Assembly (NCBI GenBank): GCA_012839925.1
Contig: DUMJ01000043.1
Span: 21,023-85,022 of the forward strand
Length of the DNA stretch: 64,000 bases
Origin: a bacterium
Lineage (GTDB): Bacteria; DUMJ01
Direction: 5' to 3'
The position numbers and the translations under genes were made by a program. How positions within the stretch are numbered: the stretch's first letter is position 1; each line of letters starts with the position of its first letter. The notes under the pieces are model-generated. The model was not told the origin of the DNA and did no database searches. It was given only the letters and a program-made list of their open reading frames with translations. Below are positions 28,898-38,413 of the stretch, in pieces.

Positions 28898-30877
28898 TTA
28901 TTTTATAAAGAACTGAACTGGTTCATACATATTCTCCCAATAGACATCATAACCACTGTATCCTACCTGGGGGACGTTATGCAGTTTATTACTTACCAGA
29001 CAGGGTTGAGGAATTAATCCTACAGTACCTATTATCCAGAGATTTCTTGCCTGAGACCTTAAGATTTCTCTCCCTGCTATAGTTCTCTCTCCTTCTTTGG
29101 TAGTAGTTTGCATCGTTTCAAACCACTTGAAGAGTCTCTTTATTTCTATTGGTGGCTCTTCTCCTGATTTCCCTCCTGTAGAATACCATGTGTACCAGAG
29201 AGGAGCAAATGTTGTTTGAGAACTGATAGGGACAAACCACTGGGGTTCTAGGGTAAATAATATATCTGTGCACCTATCTAGATGTCCTGAAGTGACTTCT
29301 AATTCATTAGCGTCTCTTCTTGTAGATAGAAGCTCTGATGTTGCTGGTTTAAGTGCAACCTTTATACCTATCTTCTCCCAATAATTTTTAACAAGTTCCC
29401 AGACTTCTCCCTCCGGGGCTTCACTAGATGGGTTAAATTCTGCCGTCAGAGTTAAGGGCTTACCATCTGGTCTTAGTCTGAATCCATCCTTATCCTTCTT
29501 CAGCCCCATACTATCTAAAAGTTTATTAGCCTGAGCGGGATCGTACTGTGCATAAGCAGTATCAAAACCCTTCTCAAAGTATCTACTCTCAGGTAAAACA
29601 GTAGCCTGTCTGGGAGTTCCCAAACCTAAAAATAGAAGTTGATTGATCTCTTCCCTATTTATAGCTAAAGAAAGTGCCCTTTTAAATCTTACATCATTTA
29701 TAATCTTTCTCATTACCGGATCTTTATGGGTATGATTCAACTTAATAGTTACAGCATTACCCCATGTCTGTCTCCAGAGTCTTACGCTGTAATTCCCCTT
29801 CTTTTCATTCTCTTTAAGAAGCGAATAGTCCTTTAGATTGGTACTGATTAGTCCAAAATCTACCTCCCCTCCGATAGCTTTCATATTCCAGAGTTCCCTA
29901 TTTGAAACTGCTGTTACCCGAATCCTATCGATATATGGAAGTTGTTTTCCTTCTGGATCTATCTTCCAGTAGTATGGATTACGTTCTAAACTAACATATT
30001 CTGTAGTAGCTTTTGTGACTATCCATGGTTCAATAGTAGGAACGCCAGCACTATTTAGAGAATGTCTTGTATTAGCTACTTCAGAAAATAGGTTGTACCA
30101 AGAATCAAATCCTTTCTCTTTTGCCAGTTCATTGGCTTTAGAATTATATTTGATATGAAATTGCTGGAGATAATGCTTGGGAAGATATGAACCCCAGGTG
30201 AGAGCCTCTCCTCTGTCTCTTGTAAGATTATATATAAACATAGGATAAGGAGCAGAGAAAGAAAACTCTACAGTATAATCATTTATCTTTTTAACCTTGA
30301 AAACCTCTCCACCAGGTTTTGTCCAGGCAGGGATGGACGGTGTAAGATCTTTGTTGAGAAGTACATCCTCATACCAGAAGACAAAATCATCTGCAGTAAA
30401 TGGATATCCATCAGACCATCGCATCCCTTCTCTTAAGAATAAGGTGCATTTTTTATAATCCCCTGAGTACTTATAACCTTTTGCTACGTTAGGGACAATA
30501 GTCTTAAGGTCGGGGAGTAGCTTGAATAATCTTTCAGCCTTCCAGTTGGCAAGAACCCAACCCATTGGATTTCCAGTATCTGCTAGATTCAAACTTCCTC
30601 CATACTGTCCAATCTCTTCTAGAGGTTCTATTACTCTTGGCTCTTTGGGAAGCCTCTCTCCAATGGGCGGAAGTTTTCCTGACTTTACAAGGTCTGTTAA
30701 CATAGGTGATTCGTTAAACTTGGTAATCTTTTTACCTGTAGTTTTTTCATAATCCTGTAGTGTAGTATAAGACTTAATCGTAGGCATCTTCTCTTGAGCA
30801 AAACTCAACGGTATTATCCCTCCAACTGAGATACATAAAGCTAATACTAAAATTAACACCCTTATACATCTATTCAT
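28898..30877 (-). CDS. ABC transporter family-5 solute-binding protein, orphan
   Basis: The ORF-track start (GTG 30886) is possible. The ATG at 30877 has an agaggtg RBS 8 nt upstream (MNRCIRVLILVLALCISV signal peptide). It is a paralog of the 13067 and 19386 SBPs. Confidence 0.85.
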   Translation of the reverse strand: MNRCIRVLILVLALCISVGGIIPLSFAQEKMPTIKSYTTLQDYEKTTGKKITKFNESPMLTDLVKSGKLPPIGERLPKEPRVIEPLEEIGQYGGSLNLADTGNPMGWVLANWKAERLFKLLPDLKTIVPNVAKGYKYSGDYKKCTLFLREGMRWSDGYPFTADDFVFWYEDVLLNKDLTPSIPAWTKPGGEVFKVKKINDYTVEFSFSAPYPMFIYNLTRDRGEALTWGSYLPKHYLQQFHIKYNSKANELAKEKGFDSWYNLFSEVANTRHSLNSAGVPTIEPWIVTKATTEYVSLERNPYYWKIDPEGKQLPYIDRIRVTAVSNRELWNMKAIGGEVDFGLISTNLKDYSLLKENEKKGNYSVRLWRQTWGNAVTIKLNHTHKDPVMRKIINDVRFKRALSLAINREEINQLLFLGLGTPRQATVLPESRYFEKGFDTAYAQYDPAQANKLLDSMGLKKDKDGFRLRPDGKPLTLTAEFNPSSEAPEGEVWELVKNYWEKIGIKVALKPATSELLSTRRDANELEVTSGHLDRCTDILFTLEPQWFVPISSQTTFAPLWYTWYSTGGKSGEEPPIEIKRLFKWFETMQTTTKEGERTIAGREILRSQARNLWIIGTVGLIPQPCLVSNKLHNVPQVGYSGYDVYWENMYEPVQFFIK

Positions 30878-31083
30878 ACTGTTCACCTCTATAAAATAAG
30901 AATTTTAAAAATTCTAAACTTTCGCCTAAACTCAAGTACCATCTAATACTACCTTTTCAGGTTAACTTGCCTGGGTTACTCTTTAATCTTTTGATAACTT
31001 CTATGTCTCTTCTCAAGCATCACTTCCTTTTTAAACTACAGTTTTACCATTTACCCTTCCATTACTCAGCTCTGGATCTGAGA

Positions 31084-34000
31084 TCATTCATAGCGTATAG
31101 CATTACCGAAAACAGGAATGTAAGATACCTTCCCATTATAGGCAAGCTTTACAATAGCCCAGGCAGAACTAGGAAGTGCTTGAGGGTCCTCCTCTGGAAG
31201 TTCCAGTTTAAAGCTGAGATCTATTGCTCCATTTCCTGGGAGTGAAAACCCCCTGCTTCTGGGCGATATACATCCGAGAGATATCTGACCTGTTAGTTCC
31301 TTTGACCAGAGTTCAATTGGAGAGACAACAAATACTTCTCCACAGATTTCATCACAATTTGGATTCCTCAGGGAAACCGTGATCTCTCCTGTCGCTTCAT
31401 CAAAATCAACCTGATAGTCCAGCAGATTTTCTCCTCCTACTTCCATAATATCTTCGATTACCTGACCATCGTGTACAAGCCTTGCTGTAATGATACCTTT
31501 ATCAGGCTGTGGACGATAACGAAGACTTCCGTCAGTGATGAAACTTATCACCACATCTTTCGTCAGGTGTTCTCCCGGTTCCAGGTTGTACTCAATAGTC
31601 TGGGGATAGGACCTCCAGCCTTCAGGAGTGATTATCTCCACCTCTCCGCTTACAGTTCGGTCTACATAATCGTTTACCACAGACACAGATATTGTATTTA
31701 TACTTACACCTCCCTGTCGGATATGGACACCTGTCTTTACCTCACCATGAAGAACAACCCCGACAGGGCAGTAACCTATAGGGTCAGCACCTAAATTATG
31801 CCTCCAGTATCTGAGATATACAGGCTGGGCAATCTCTTTCTCCCTGCCAAGCTTTATCCTATCATCAGGCAGGATGCTCCAGGTAGTAGGTATGAGGCAC
31901 CATGTTTCGATGGAGAAAGGACCAGTTTCCACGTCAAGGGAACACTTCCCGGAAAGGGAAACATCTCCCTCCTTTTCTTCTAGCAGGTTAGTGCGGTAGG
32001 CTGAGACCAGAGGTCTAAAGAACGATATTCTGCCAGAACTTTCAATTCCTGTGGCTTCGTAAGCTCTTATAATTATTCCTCTTAAACTCTCAGGAACTTC
32101 CTTGCTCAAAGCGGCTGTGCCAAAACCCAGAGGTTTCATAGCAGTCATAACAAGGTTATCTCCTTCGAACTTAACAAATGCCTCTTCTGGGGGAATCTTA
32201 CCCTGATGAAGTTCTAGTTGTCTTCCGATAAGCGGGTTATTATACTCGTATCCAGCCCGAAAAGCCCTGGCTGAACGCCAGTCGCCCTGATGGGGATAGA
32301 GGGCGTAAAGAAATTGATGGGTCTTCCATTCTGGCACGAACATATAGGGGAGACGGTCTTTGCCCCATGGAGTACTCCCCCATGCAGCCGTGTGCATCAA
32401 GAACAGGACCAGTGTATTATCATGCTCTACCGAACCCAGTACATTCCCGGTATTAAGAAGGATTAATCCATAATCATCAACTGTCGAAGAGATACCTGTG
32501 GCATTAGAATCAGCTGGGAGCTTGATGAGTCCCTGCGGAATGTTACAGAGGATGCTATCAATGGCTTTCTCCAGGCTTTCTATATCCTTTGCTCCTACAA
32601 GTAAGACCGGTAGTGGAGTCCAGCCTTCTGGGATGTCATGGTCTAGAGAAATTATACATGCAAAACCTTTAGTCTTCAGCTGCTCCCGATAATAAGCTTT
32701 TTTATCATCAGGTATAGTTTCAAATACCTTCTGGAAATAGCTGTTATCTCCGTCTAGGTCAAGAGCAACCCTGAATGAAGTTCCCCAGGGAAGGTCCTCA
32801 TTTAGATTCTCAGTGGGCATACATGAATCCTGAACGGGAAGGGAAGACCTGCGTTCTATATCTAGGTCATCAAAGAATGGTGTAACTGGAATCCCCCGGC
32901 GGATCAGTGACTCCTGAATCCTCTCTGAAAGAGTAAAAACCTTCGGGTTATGACCGGTAACGAGTCCTACCATACCGATAACAACCTGTGTATACCCTTC
33001 GTCGCCTTTATCTCCACATTCGATCATGCCGTTTTGCCCGAGACCAAACCACTGGTAGCATCGCCTTGCCCCGCATTCTGAATAGTTTCTCCACTGCCAG
33101 GTGCGGAAATCGAGATAACCCTTGCTCTTACGTTTCACTGTAGCTCCGAAACGCTCTTCAAATACCGGTTCAAGTCCGTTAAGATCTGCTGGAAATGTTA
33201 TCACGTAAAGGTCATGGGCTCCTGAATAACCCTCAAGTCTGGTCAAGAATTCTACCCTTGGTATTCCTCTATAGAGAATTATCTCCTGGTAACGCTGGCA
33301 GTCTTTCATATCACCTTTTATGATGAGCTTCGATATGAGGGGACCTGACTTGACATTTACACTGGCAGGGTAATCTCTTGAGAAGACCTTTTCACCTGTG
33401 GTGAAGATTTCCCAGGCAGGTTCATGACGTGCAGGATCTTCTGAGAGAGCTACAAGCTCGTTTCCAGGGATACCTGAGCCTTTAGAATTGGATGGAATAA
33501 GTTCCTTCCCGGCGAGTTTATCATAAAGACTTACTATACCACCTCCAAGTGTAGGATCGACTGTGATTCGGAAGAAATCATTCTCAATGGTATTTCCCTC
33601 AGAGGATGGTATCTCAGCAGGGGAACCCTCCATAGGTACCGCATAAAAGACTTTATACCCTAAAGATGGCACATCCTCGGCAAGGATGAGTATTTCAGCC
33701 TTTATGATTTTGCCATTTCCATTTCGATTCACCTGGAGTATCTCAAAGCATACCTCTTTCCCAGTGTGGTCTATTACCTTGAAATTATCCACTCCTTGCG
33801 GAAAACTGACTTCAATACGGCATACATCCGTGCGCTCCCAGTTAAGTGAGTTAAAGACTGCAAAGGGGACAGCATTCTCTGACCGAACGCCAGAGGTGTC
33901 TATATACTTTCCTATATAATCAAGGGAGTTATCCAGAACTTCTCGACCAATCTCCAGTGCCTCACGGTATCCGAGCATCAGGTCTATGTAAGAACGGTCA

Positions 34001-35016
34001 CATAAAGGACCTGTTATTGCATCGTGATGCTGGTTAAAAAGTAGTTGGCGCCAGGCTTTGTCCAGAGCTTTATCTGGATATTCAGCACCCAGATAATTTG
34101 CGATGGTGGCGAACTTCTCTGCATCCAGCAAGAGGTTTTCACCCTTTCGGTTGGCAAGCTTAAACTCTATCCGTGAAACACCTGTACCCTGGTGGTGCCA
34201 TTCGAAATCCCTGGCGGTTGTGGGAATCAAAAGTTTCCTTTCTTCTATCTCATGAAGAGTTTTTCTGAACCACTTTTCATGCCCTATCCCTGAGATGATA
34301 ATCCTTGGATTTCGGCTTTTAAGCTCGGCACATCTTCCCACAAGCCATGCAGATGGAGGTTTGAAATCTCCAGCATCGAGGCGTACATCAGATGTAAGCC
34401 CTAATGAGGCTATTTCATAAGAATGGTCCTCAAGATACTTGATAAATTCCTCTTCAAAACCACTTCCCCGTATCCCGTAATTCATTCTTTTGAAGAGAAG
34501 ACGAGTTCCGTCGAGGGATAGGTGCCAGAATACAGGTTCAGCTCCCCTTATATCCTTTGACCATATACAGCCAGTAAATCTTGATTTCCTCAGGATTTGT
34601 CCGAGTTGTGCTGAATGTCCAAACACATCCCAGGGCATATAAATCTCAGGTTTCGAATGAAGCACCCCTTCATGGAAAAGTCGACCATAGATGATATTCC
34701 GGATGAGACCTTCAGGTCCGATAAGAGTTTCGGCGGGCTGGCTATGAGAACCACCCGTTCCAACCCGACCGTCACGGATGAGTGATTTGAGAAATTCCCT
34801 GTTCCAGGGATATGTATCAAAATATGGCTTCAGGTATGTCAGTTCATGGAGAAAGACTCCATAATGTGGATCAGCCCTGCAGACCTGAATGTTCTGATCA
34901 GCGTCTCCAAGTAAAACTGTCGCATAGTCACGCTGGTCTTCAAGCCAAACTACGTCAGAGTGGAATCCCGGTACCACCCAGATCTCTTTAATAGAATCAG
35001 TAAAATTTTTACTCAT
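31084..35016 (-). CDS. GH38-family alpha-mannosidase-like protein, unusually large (1310 aa) with a long C-terminal extension
   Basis: The N-terminus IWVVPGFHSDVVWLED aligns with the GH38 metal-binding HxHxDxxW region. WDVFGHSAQLGQIL matches the GH38 DPFGHS motif. About 400 extra residues (~900-1310) have no recognised counterpart. The RBS is aggaggg. Confidence 0.65.
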   Translation of the reverse strand: MSKNFTDSIKEIWVVPGFHSDVVWLEDQRDYATVLLGDADQNIQVCRADPHYGVFLHELTYLKPYFDTYPWNREFLKSLIRDGRVGTGGSHSQPAETLIGPEGLIRNIIYGRLFHEGVLHSKPEIYMPWDVFGHSAQLGQILRKSRFTGCIWSKDIRGAEPVFWHLSLDGTRLLFKRMNYGIRGSGFEEEFIKYLEDHSYEIASLGLTSDVRLDAGDFKPPSAWLVGRCAELKSRNPRIIISGIGHEKWFRKTLHEIEERKLLIPTTARDFEWHHQGTGVSRIEFKLANRKGENLLLDAEKFATIANYLGAEYPDKALDKAWRQLLFNQHHDAITGPLCDRSYIDLMLGYREALEIGREVLDNSLDYIGKYIDTSGVRSENAVPFAVFNSLNWERTDVCRIEVSFPQGVDNFKVIDHTGKEVCFEILQVNRNGNGKIIKAEILILAEDVPSLGYKVFYAVPMEGSPAEIPSSEGNTIENDFFRITVDPTLGGGIVSLYDKLAGKELIPSNSKGSGIPGNELVALSEDPARHEPAWEIFTTGEKVFSRDYPASVNVKSGPLISKLIIKGDMKDCQRYQEIILYRGIPRVEFLTRLEGYSGAHDLYVITFPADLNGLEPVFEERFGATVKRKSKGYLDFRTWQWRNYSECGARRCYQWFGLGQNGMIECGDKGDEGYTQVVIGMVGLVTGHNPKVFTLSERIQESLIRRGIPVTPFFDDLDIERRSSLPVQDSCMPTENLNEDLPWGTSFRVALDLDGDNSYFQKVFETIPDDKKAYYREQLKTKGFACIISLDHDIPEGWTPLPVLLVGAKDIESLEKAIDSILCNIPQGLIKLPADSNATGISSTVDDYGLILLNTGNVLGSVEHDNTLVLFLMHTAAWGSTPWGKDRLPYMFVPEWKTHQFLYALYPHQGDWRSARAFRAGYEYNNPLIGRQLELHQGKIPPEEAFVKFEGDNLVMTAMKPLGFGTAALSKEVPESLRGIIIRAYEATGIESSGRISFFRPLVSAYRTNLLEEKEGDVSLSGKCSLDVETGPFSIETWCLIPTTWSILPDDRIKLGREKEIAQPVYLRYWRHNLGADPIGYCPVGVVLHGEVKTGVHIRQGGVSINTISVSVVNDYVDRTVSGEVEIITPEGWRSYPQTIEYNLEPGEHLTKDVVISFITDGSLRYRPQPDKGIITARLVHDGQVIEDIMEVGGENLLDYQVDFDEATGEITVSLRNPNCDEICGEVFVVSPIELWSKELTGQISLGCISPRSRGFSLPGNGAIDLSFKLELPEEDPQALPSSAWAIVKLAYNGKVSYIPVFGNAIRYE

Positions 35017-35195
35017 AATATCTGCCCTCCTGATAATAGATTCTACTCCTCTATTTTAATATGTCAACAGTTTTACATTATACACATTGTATTTTTACAT
35101 AAATTCAAACATAAATATATACTGATTCTTGTAAATTTTTATTGCTGTGTTAGAATATAGTCAAAATTAATCCGCTCTGATAGGAGGATAAGGAT

Positions 35196-36512
35196 ATGGA
35201 AGAATATATACCATATGAGTTGAAGGGCAAAGAACTTCTGGAGGTTATAAACCTTGGTTCAAAGTTTAGCAAAGAGGAGTCTATAGAGCTTAAATTTTAT
35301 GTAAAGACTACCGGAAATCTGGTCAAGGTAGCGCAGGATATAGCCAGAGACGAAACAACCGGACCCTGGGTAGGGCAGGGAGAACCTACCCAATTATTTA
35401 TCCGATCTCAGGCAGATGTTGATAGGATAGAGAGATACGGTGAAAAAGAAGGAGTTATTTATATAAGAACACCCCTTTTCAATATTTCCAGTGAGACAGA
35501 CCCTCTATACCAGTTTATTATGCTTGCGGTAGGGGGACCCGTGCTTGAATTTGTTTATTATCAGGAGGTCGCGCTTCTGGATTTTTCTTTTCCCAGAAAT
35601 TTCCTGGAAAGATTCCCCGGACCAAAGTTTGGTATAAATGGGGTGAGGAAACTGTTAAATCTTAAGGATGGAGAACCTATAATAGGCACAATTGTGAAAC
35701 CCTGTGCTGGTCTTACCCCCAGAGAAGTAGCGGAAAAATGTTATCAATCTGCTTTAGGAGGGGTGATGTTTATAAAGGATGATGAAAAGATGCTTGGTCC
35801 AGACTATTGTCCCTTGGAAGAAAAGGTAAAACTTGTCTCTCAGGCTTTAAAGAGGGCAGAGGAGGAAACCGGTAGAAAATGTCTCTATGCACCACATATT
35901 GTTGCTAGGGCTGACAAGATTAAAGATGTGGCAAAGAGGGCTATAGAATGGGGAGCCACTGCATTAATGTTTAATGCGGTCCTGGGTCATACCTATGAAG
36001 CTCTCAGTATTCTGGCTGAGGATAAGGAGATAGATGTTCCTCTTTATGCCCATTCTGGTGGAAGATCAGGGCTTTCTACCGGACCAAGAAGGATAGACGA
36101 TACTGTGATAGCAAAGCTACTGCGGTACAGTGGAGCAGATTTCTTCCAGCATGGGGTTTTTGGTATGAAAGAGATGCATGTTGCCTCTCTGGATGACGGA
36201 CTCCTCCATAACCTTGTCAGAGTTATGAGAGAAGATGTGGGCGTAAGAGACACGATACCTGTAGCTGCAGGTGGTCTGGGTGTAACCAATGCTGGAATTA
36301 ATCTTAAAGAGCATAAAGACGAAAGATTTGGTTATAGTGTGGCTCTTTTAGCTGGTTCAAATATTCTGAAGCATCCAGATGGTCCCAAAGCTGGAGCGAC
36401 AGCTATGCATCAGGCAGTTCAGGCTTACTATGAAAAGGGGATAACTGAAAAGGGGCAATTGAAAGAGTATGCCATTAAGAGAGGGTGGGAAGAATTACTG
36501 AAGATATTATAG
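35196..36512 (+). CDS. RuBisCO large-subunit-like protein (form IV-type RLP)
   Basis: 438 aa. GTIVKPCAGL aligns with RuBisCO GTIIKPKLGL, keeping K175 but with K177 replaced by Cys. GGVMFIKDDE keeps K201, D203 and E204. FFQHGVFGMKEM keeps the H327 and K334 equivalents. PVAAGGLGV has S379 replaced by Ala, and LLAGSNILKHP replaces the GGG motif with AGS. The RBS is aggagga. Confidence 0.8.
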   Translation: MEEYIPYELKGKELLEVINLGSKFSKEESIELKFYVKTTGNLVKVAQDIARDETTGPWVGQGEPTQLFIRSQADVDRIERYGEKEGVIYIRTPLFNISSETDPLYQFIMLAVGGPVLEFVYYQEVALLDFSFPRNFLERFPGPKFGINGVRKLLNLKDGEPIIGTIVKPCAGLTPREVAEKCYQSALGGVMFIKDDEKMLGPDYCPLEEKVKLVSQALKRAEEETGRKCLYAPHIVARADKIKDVAKRAIEWGATALMFNAVLGHTYEALSILAEDKEIDVPLYAHSGGRSGLSTGPRRIDDTVIAKLLRYSGADFFQHGVFGMKEMHVASLDDGLLHNLVRVMREDVGVRDTIPVAAGGLGVTNAGINLKEHKDERFGYSVALLAGSNILKHPDGPKAGATAMHQAVQAYYEKGITEKGQLKEYAIKRGWEELLKIL

Positions 36513-36518
36513 AAAGAC

Positions 36519-38003
36519 TTAACCTAATACCCTGGCTCCTATAAATATGATTACTCCCATAATTAAGAGATAAAAGAGGAAATATGGAAAGACTATCCTC
36601 ATAAGTTTCCCCTCTTCTCCTTTTTTGTTTATACCTGAAACAGCCAGGGTGAGATTCTGAATGGATATTAGTTTCCCTCCGGTAGCCCCTGTGGCATTGG
36701 CACTGGCCAGCCATACGGGAGAAACGCCTATACTTTTAGCTGCCTCTGTCTGGAGAGCCCCAAAGAGTGCATTGGATGTGGTATCACTTCCACCAAGAAA
36801 GGTCCCAATAGCTCCAAGAAATGGGGAAACAAATGGGTAGAAATATCCAAATACATCTATAAGTTTAATGGCAAGGAATTTTGTCATACCAGCATAATTC
36901 ATAATGTTCGATATAAGGACCATAGAGGTTATGACTAAGAATGTTGGCAGAATCTGCGAGAATGTCCCTATAAAAGCCTTTTTATAGTCCGAGGGTTTAG
37001 CCTTCAATATTATTCCACCTATGATAGCTGAGAGCAGTATGAGTGAGCCCGGTGTGTATAAGAATTCTATCTCTGTAGTCTTATTGAGCGGTCCCATTGA
37101 GAATGATATGGAAAATGGGTAGTTAGAGAATATATTGCTGAGATTGGCGCTAAATCTTGTTATAAGTATAAGAATGATAATTAATGCATAGGGGGACCAT
37201 GCTTTTAAATCTTCTCTGCGTATATCTGGTCTCTCTCCTTTTACCCGTAGATATATTAACAGGAATACTATGGTTAAGAATGGAGCCAGAATCGCAGGAA
37301 GCTCTGGTCCAATAAACCAGCCTACAAGAGTCTGAGTAAGGGCAAATACCAATCCTGTTCCCAGGATAAGGACAAAAGGAACGTTCTCCTTTATCTCTCT
37401 TTTTATAAGAAATGGTATTATTAATGTTACTGGAAAGAGCTGTAATCCTATGGTCCCGCTGAGTGCTTTTAATGGAAGATCTGTAGCTTTTGCCAGGGCG
37501 ATTACCGGAACACCTACGGCTGCATATACTACCGGGACAGTATTAGATATCAGAGATATCATGGCTGATTGATATGGAGGGAAACCTAATGATAGCAATA
37601 TCGCTGACGGAATTATAACCGACGTCCCAAAACCGGCTATCCCTTCAAGGAGAGAGCCAAAACAAAATGCTACTATAAAAGCCTGTATCAGTCTGTTGTT
37701 GGAAATACCTGATAGACTTCTCTTTATCCCCTCTATAGCCCCTGTTTCACATACCAGTCTATAGGTAAAAAGAGCGGTGAATATTGTCCAGATAATAGGG
37801 AATAGAGAAAATATAACTCCGTCTAAAATACTCCAGAGGAGGATATCAGCTGATATCCTCCAGACGGTTATAGAAGCTATACCGGTTATTAATAGAGATA
37901 TAATACATGCTATATGCGGTCTTACGATTCTGGAGATAAGGGCATAACCAAGCCATATCAGAGGTAGAAGAGTAGAGATTAATCTTATTATTTCGACAGT
38001 CAT
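36519..38003 (-). CDS. lctP: LctP-family lactate/glycolate permease
   Basis: 494 aa. It aligns near-colinearly with E. coli LldP: IVAFCFGSLLEGIAGFGTSVIIPSAILLSLGF against [32 protein letters not shown], and GGSDTTSNALFGALQ against TGSDTSSNALFAALQ. Confidence 0.85.
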   Translation of the reverse strand: MTVEIIRLISTLLPLIWLGYALISRIVRPHIACIISLLITGIASITVWRISADILLWSILDGVIFSLFPIIWTIFTALFTYRLVCETGAIEGIKRSLSGISNNRLIQAFIVAFCFGSLLEGIAGFGTSVIIPSAILLSLGFPPYQSAMISLISNTVPVVYAAVGVPVIALAKATDLPLKALSGTIGLQLFPVTLIIPFLIKREIKENVPFVLILGTGLVFALTQTLVGWFIGPELPAILAPFLTIVFLLIYLRVKGERPDIRREDLKAWSPYALIIILILITRFSANLSNIFSNYPFSISFSMGPLNKTTEIEFLYTPGSLILLSAIIGGIILKAKPSDYKKAFIGTFSQILPTFLVITSMVLISNIMNYAGMTKFLAIKLIDVFGYFYPFVSPFLGAIGTFLGGSDTTSNALFGALQTEAAKSIGVSPVWLASANATGATGGKLISIQNLTLAVSGINKKGEEGKLMRIVFPYFLFYLLIMGVIIFIGARVLG

Positions 38004-38413
38004 CTGTCTGATAAGATTTTGTATACCTCTCTTACAGTGTCCCTGTCTGAATCATAACCACAGAGTTCTGTGGCAAAGTCTATCTGTACCCACTTTGCCT
38101 CTTTTATCTCACCATACCTGGGGTTTATCTCTTCGGATTCGGCTCTTCCCAGATACCAGTAGACTGTTTTTTCTATAGTTCCTCTATTCTCATCTGTGTA
38201 ACTGTAGTTTGTCTCTCTTATATATTGCTCTATCTTTACTTTTATCCCGGTCTCTTCCTCTAATTCCCTTATAGCGGTTTCTTCCAGAGATTCACCTTCT
38301 TCTATCTTTCCCTTTGGAAATGTCCATTTACCAAATCGGTCCAAAATCATAAGTAGATAGACATCATTATTTTCTATCTTATAGACTATACATCCAGAAG
38401 ATATCTCTTTCAT
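38000..38413 (-). CDS. Nudix hydrolase
   Basis: 137 aa. The Nudix box GKIEEGESLEETAIRELEEETGI is present. There are 4-nt overlaps with both neighbouring genes. Confidence 0.85.
   Translation of the reverse strand: MKEISSGCIVYKIENNDVYLLMILDRFGKWTFPKGKIEEGESLEETAIRELEEETGIKVKIEQYIRETNYSYTDENRGTIEKTVYWYLGRAESEEINPRYGEIKEAKWVQIDFATELCGYDSDRDTVREVYKILSDR

Noticed and set aside
30908-30930. Near-palindrome agaatttt-aaaaattct in the SBP promoter region
   Set aside because: It is imperfect and entirely A/T. This is low complexity expected in an AT-rich promoter, so it is not reported as a feature.
30967-31245. 92-aa plus-strand ORF spanning the SBP-GH38 intergenic region
   Set aside because: It overlaps the 3' end of the GH38 gene on the opposite strand, has no RBS and gives a hydrophobic low-complexity translation.
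35196-36512. Bona fide CO2-fixing RuBisCO (form II/III)
   Set aside because: K177, S379 and the GGG loop are substituted and no small-subunit or PRK gene is nearby, so it is an RLP.
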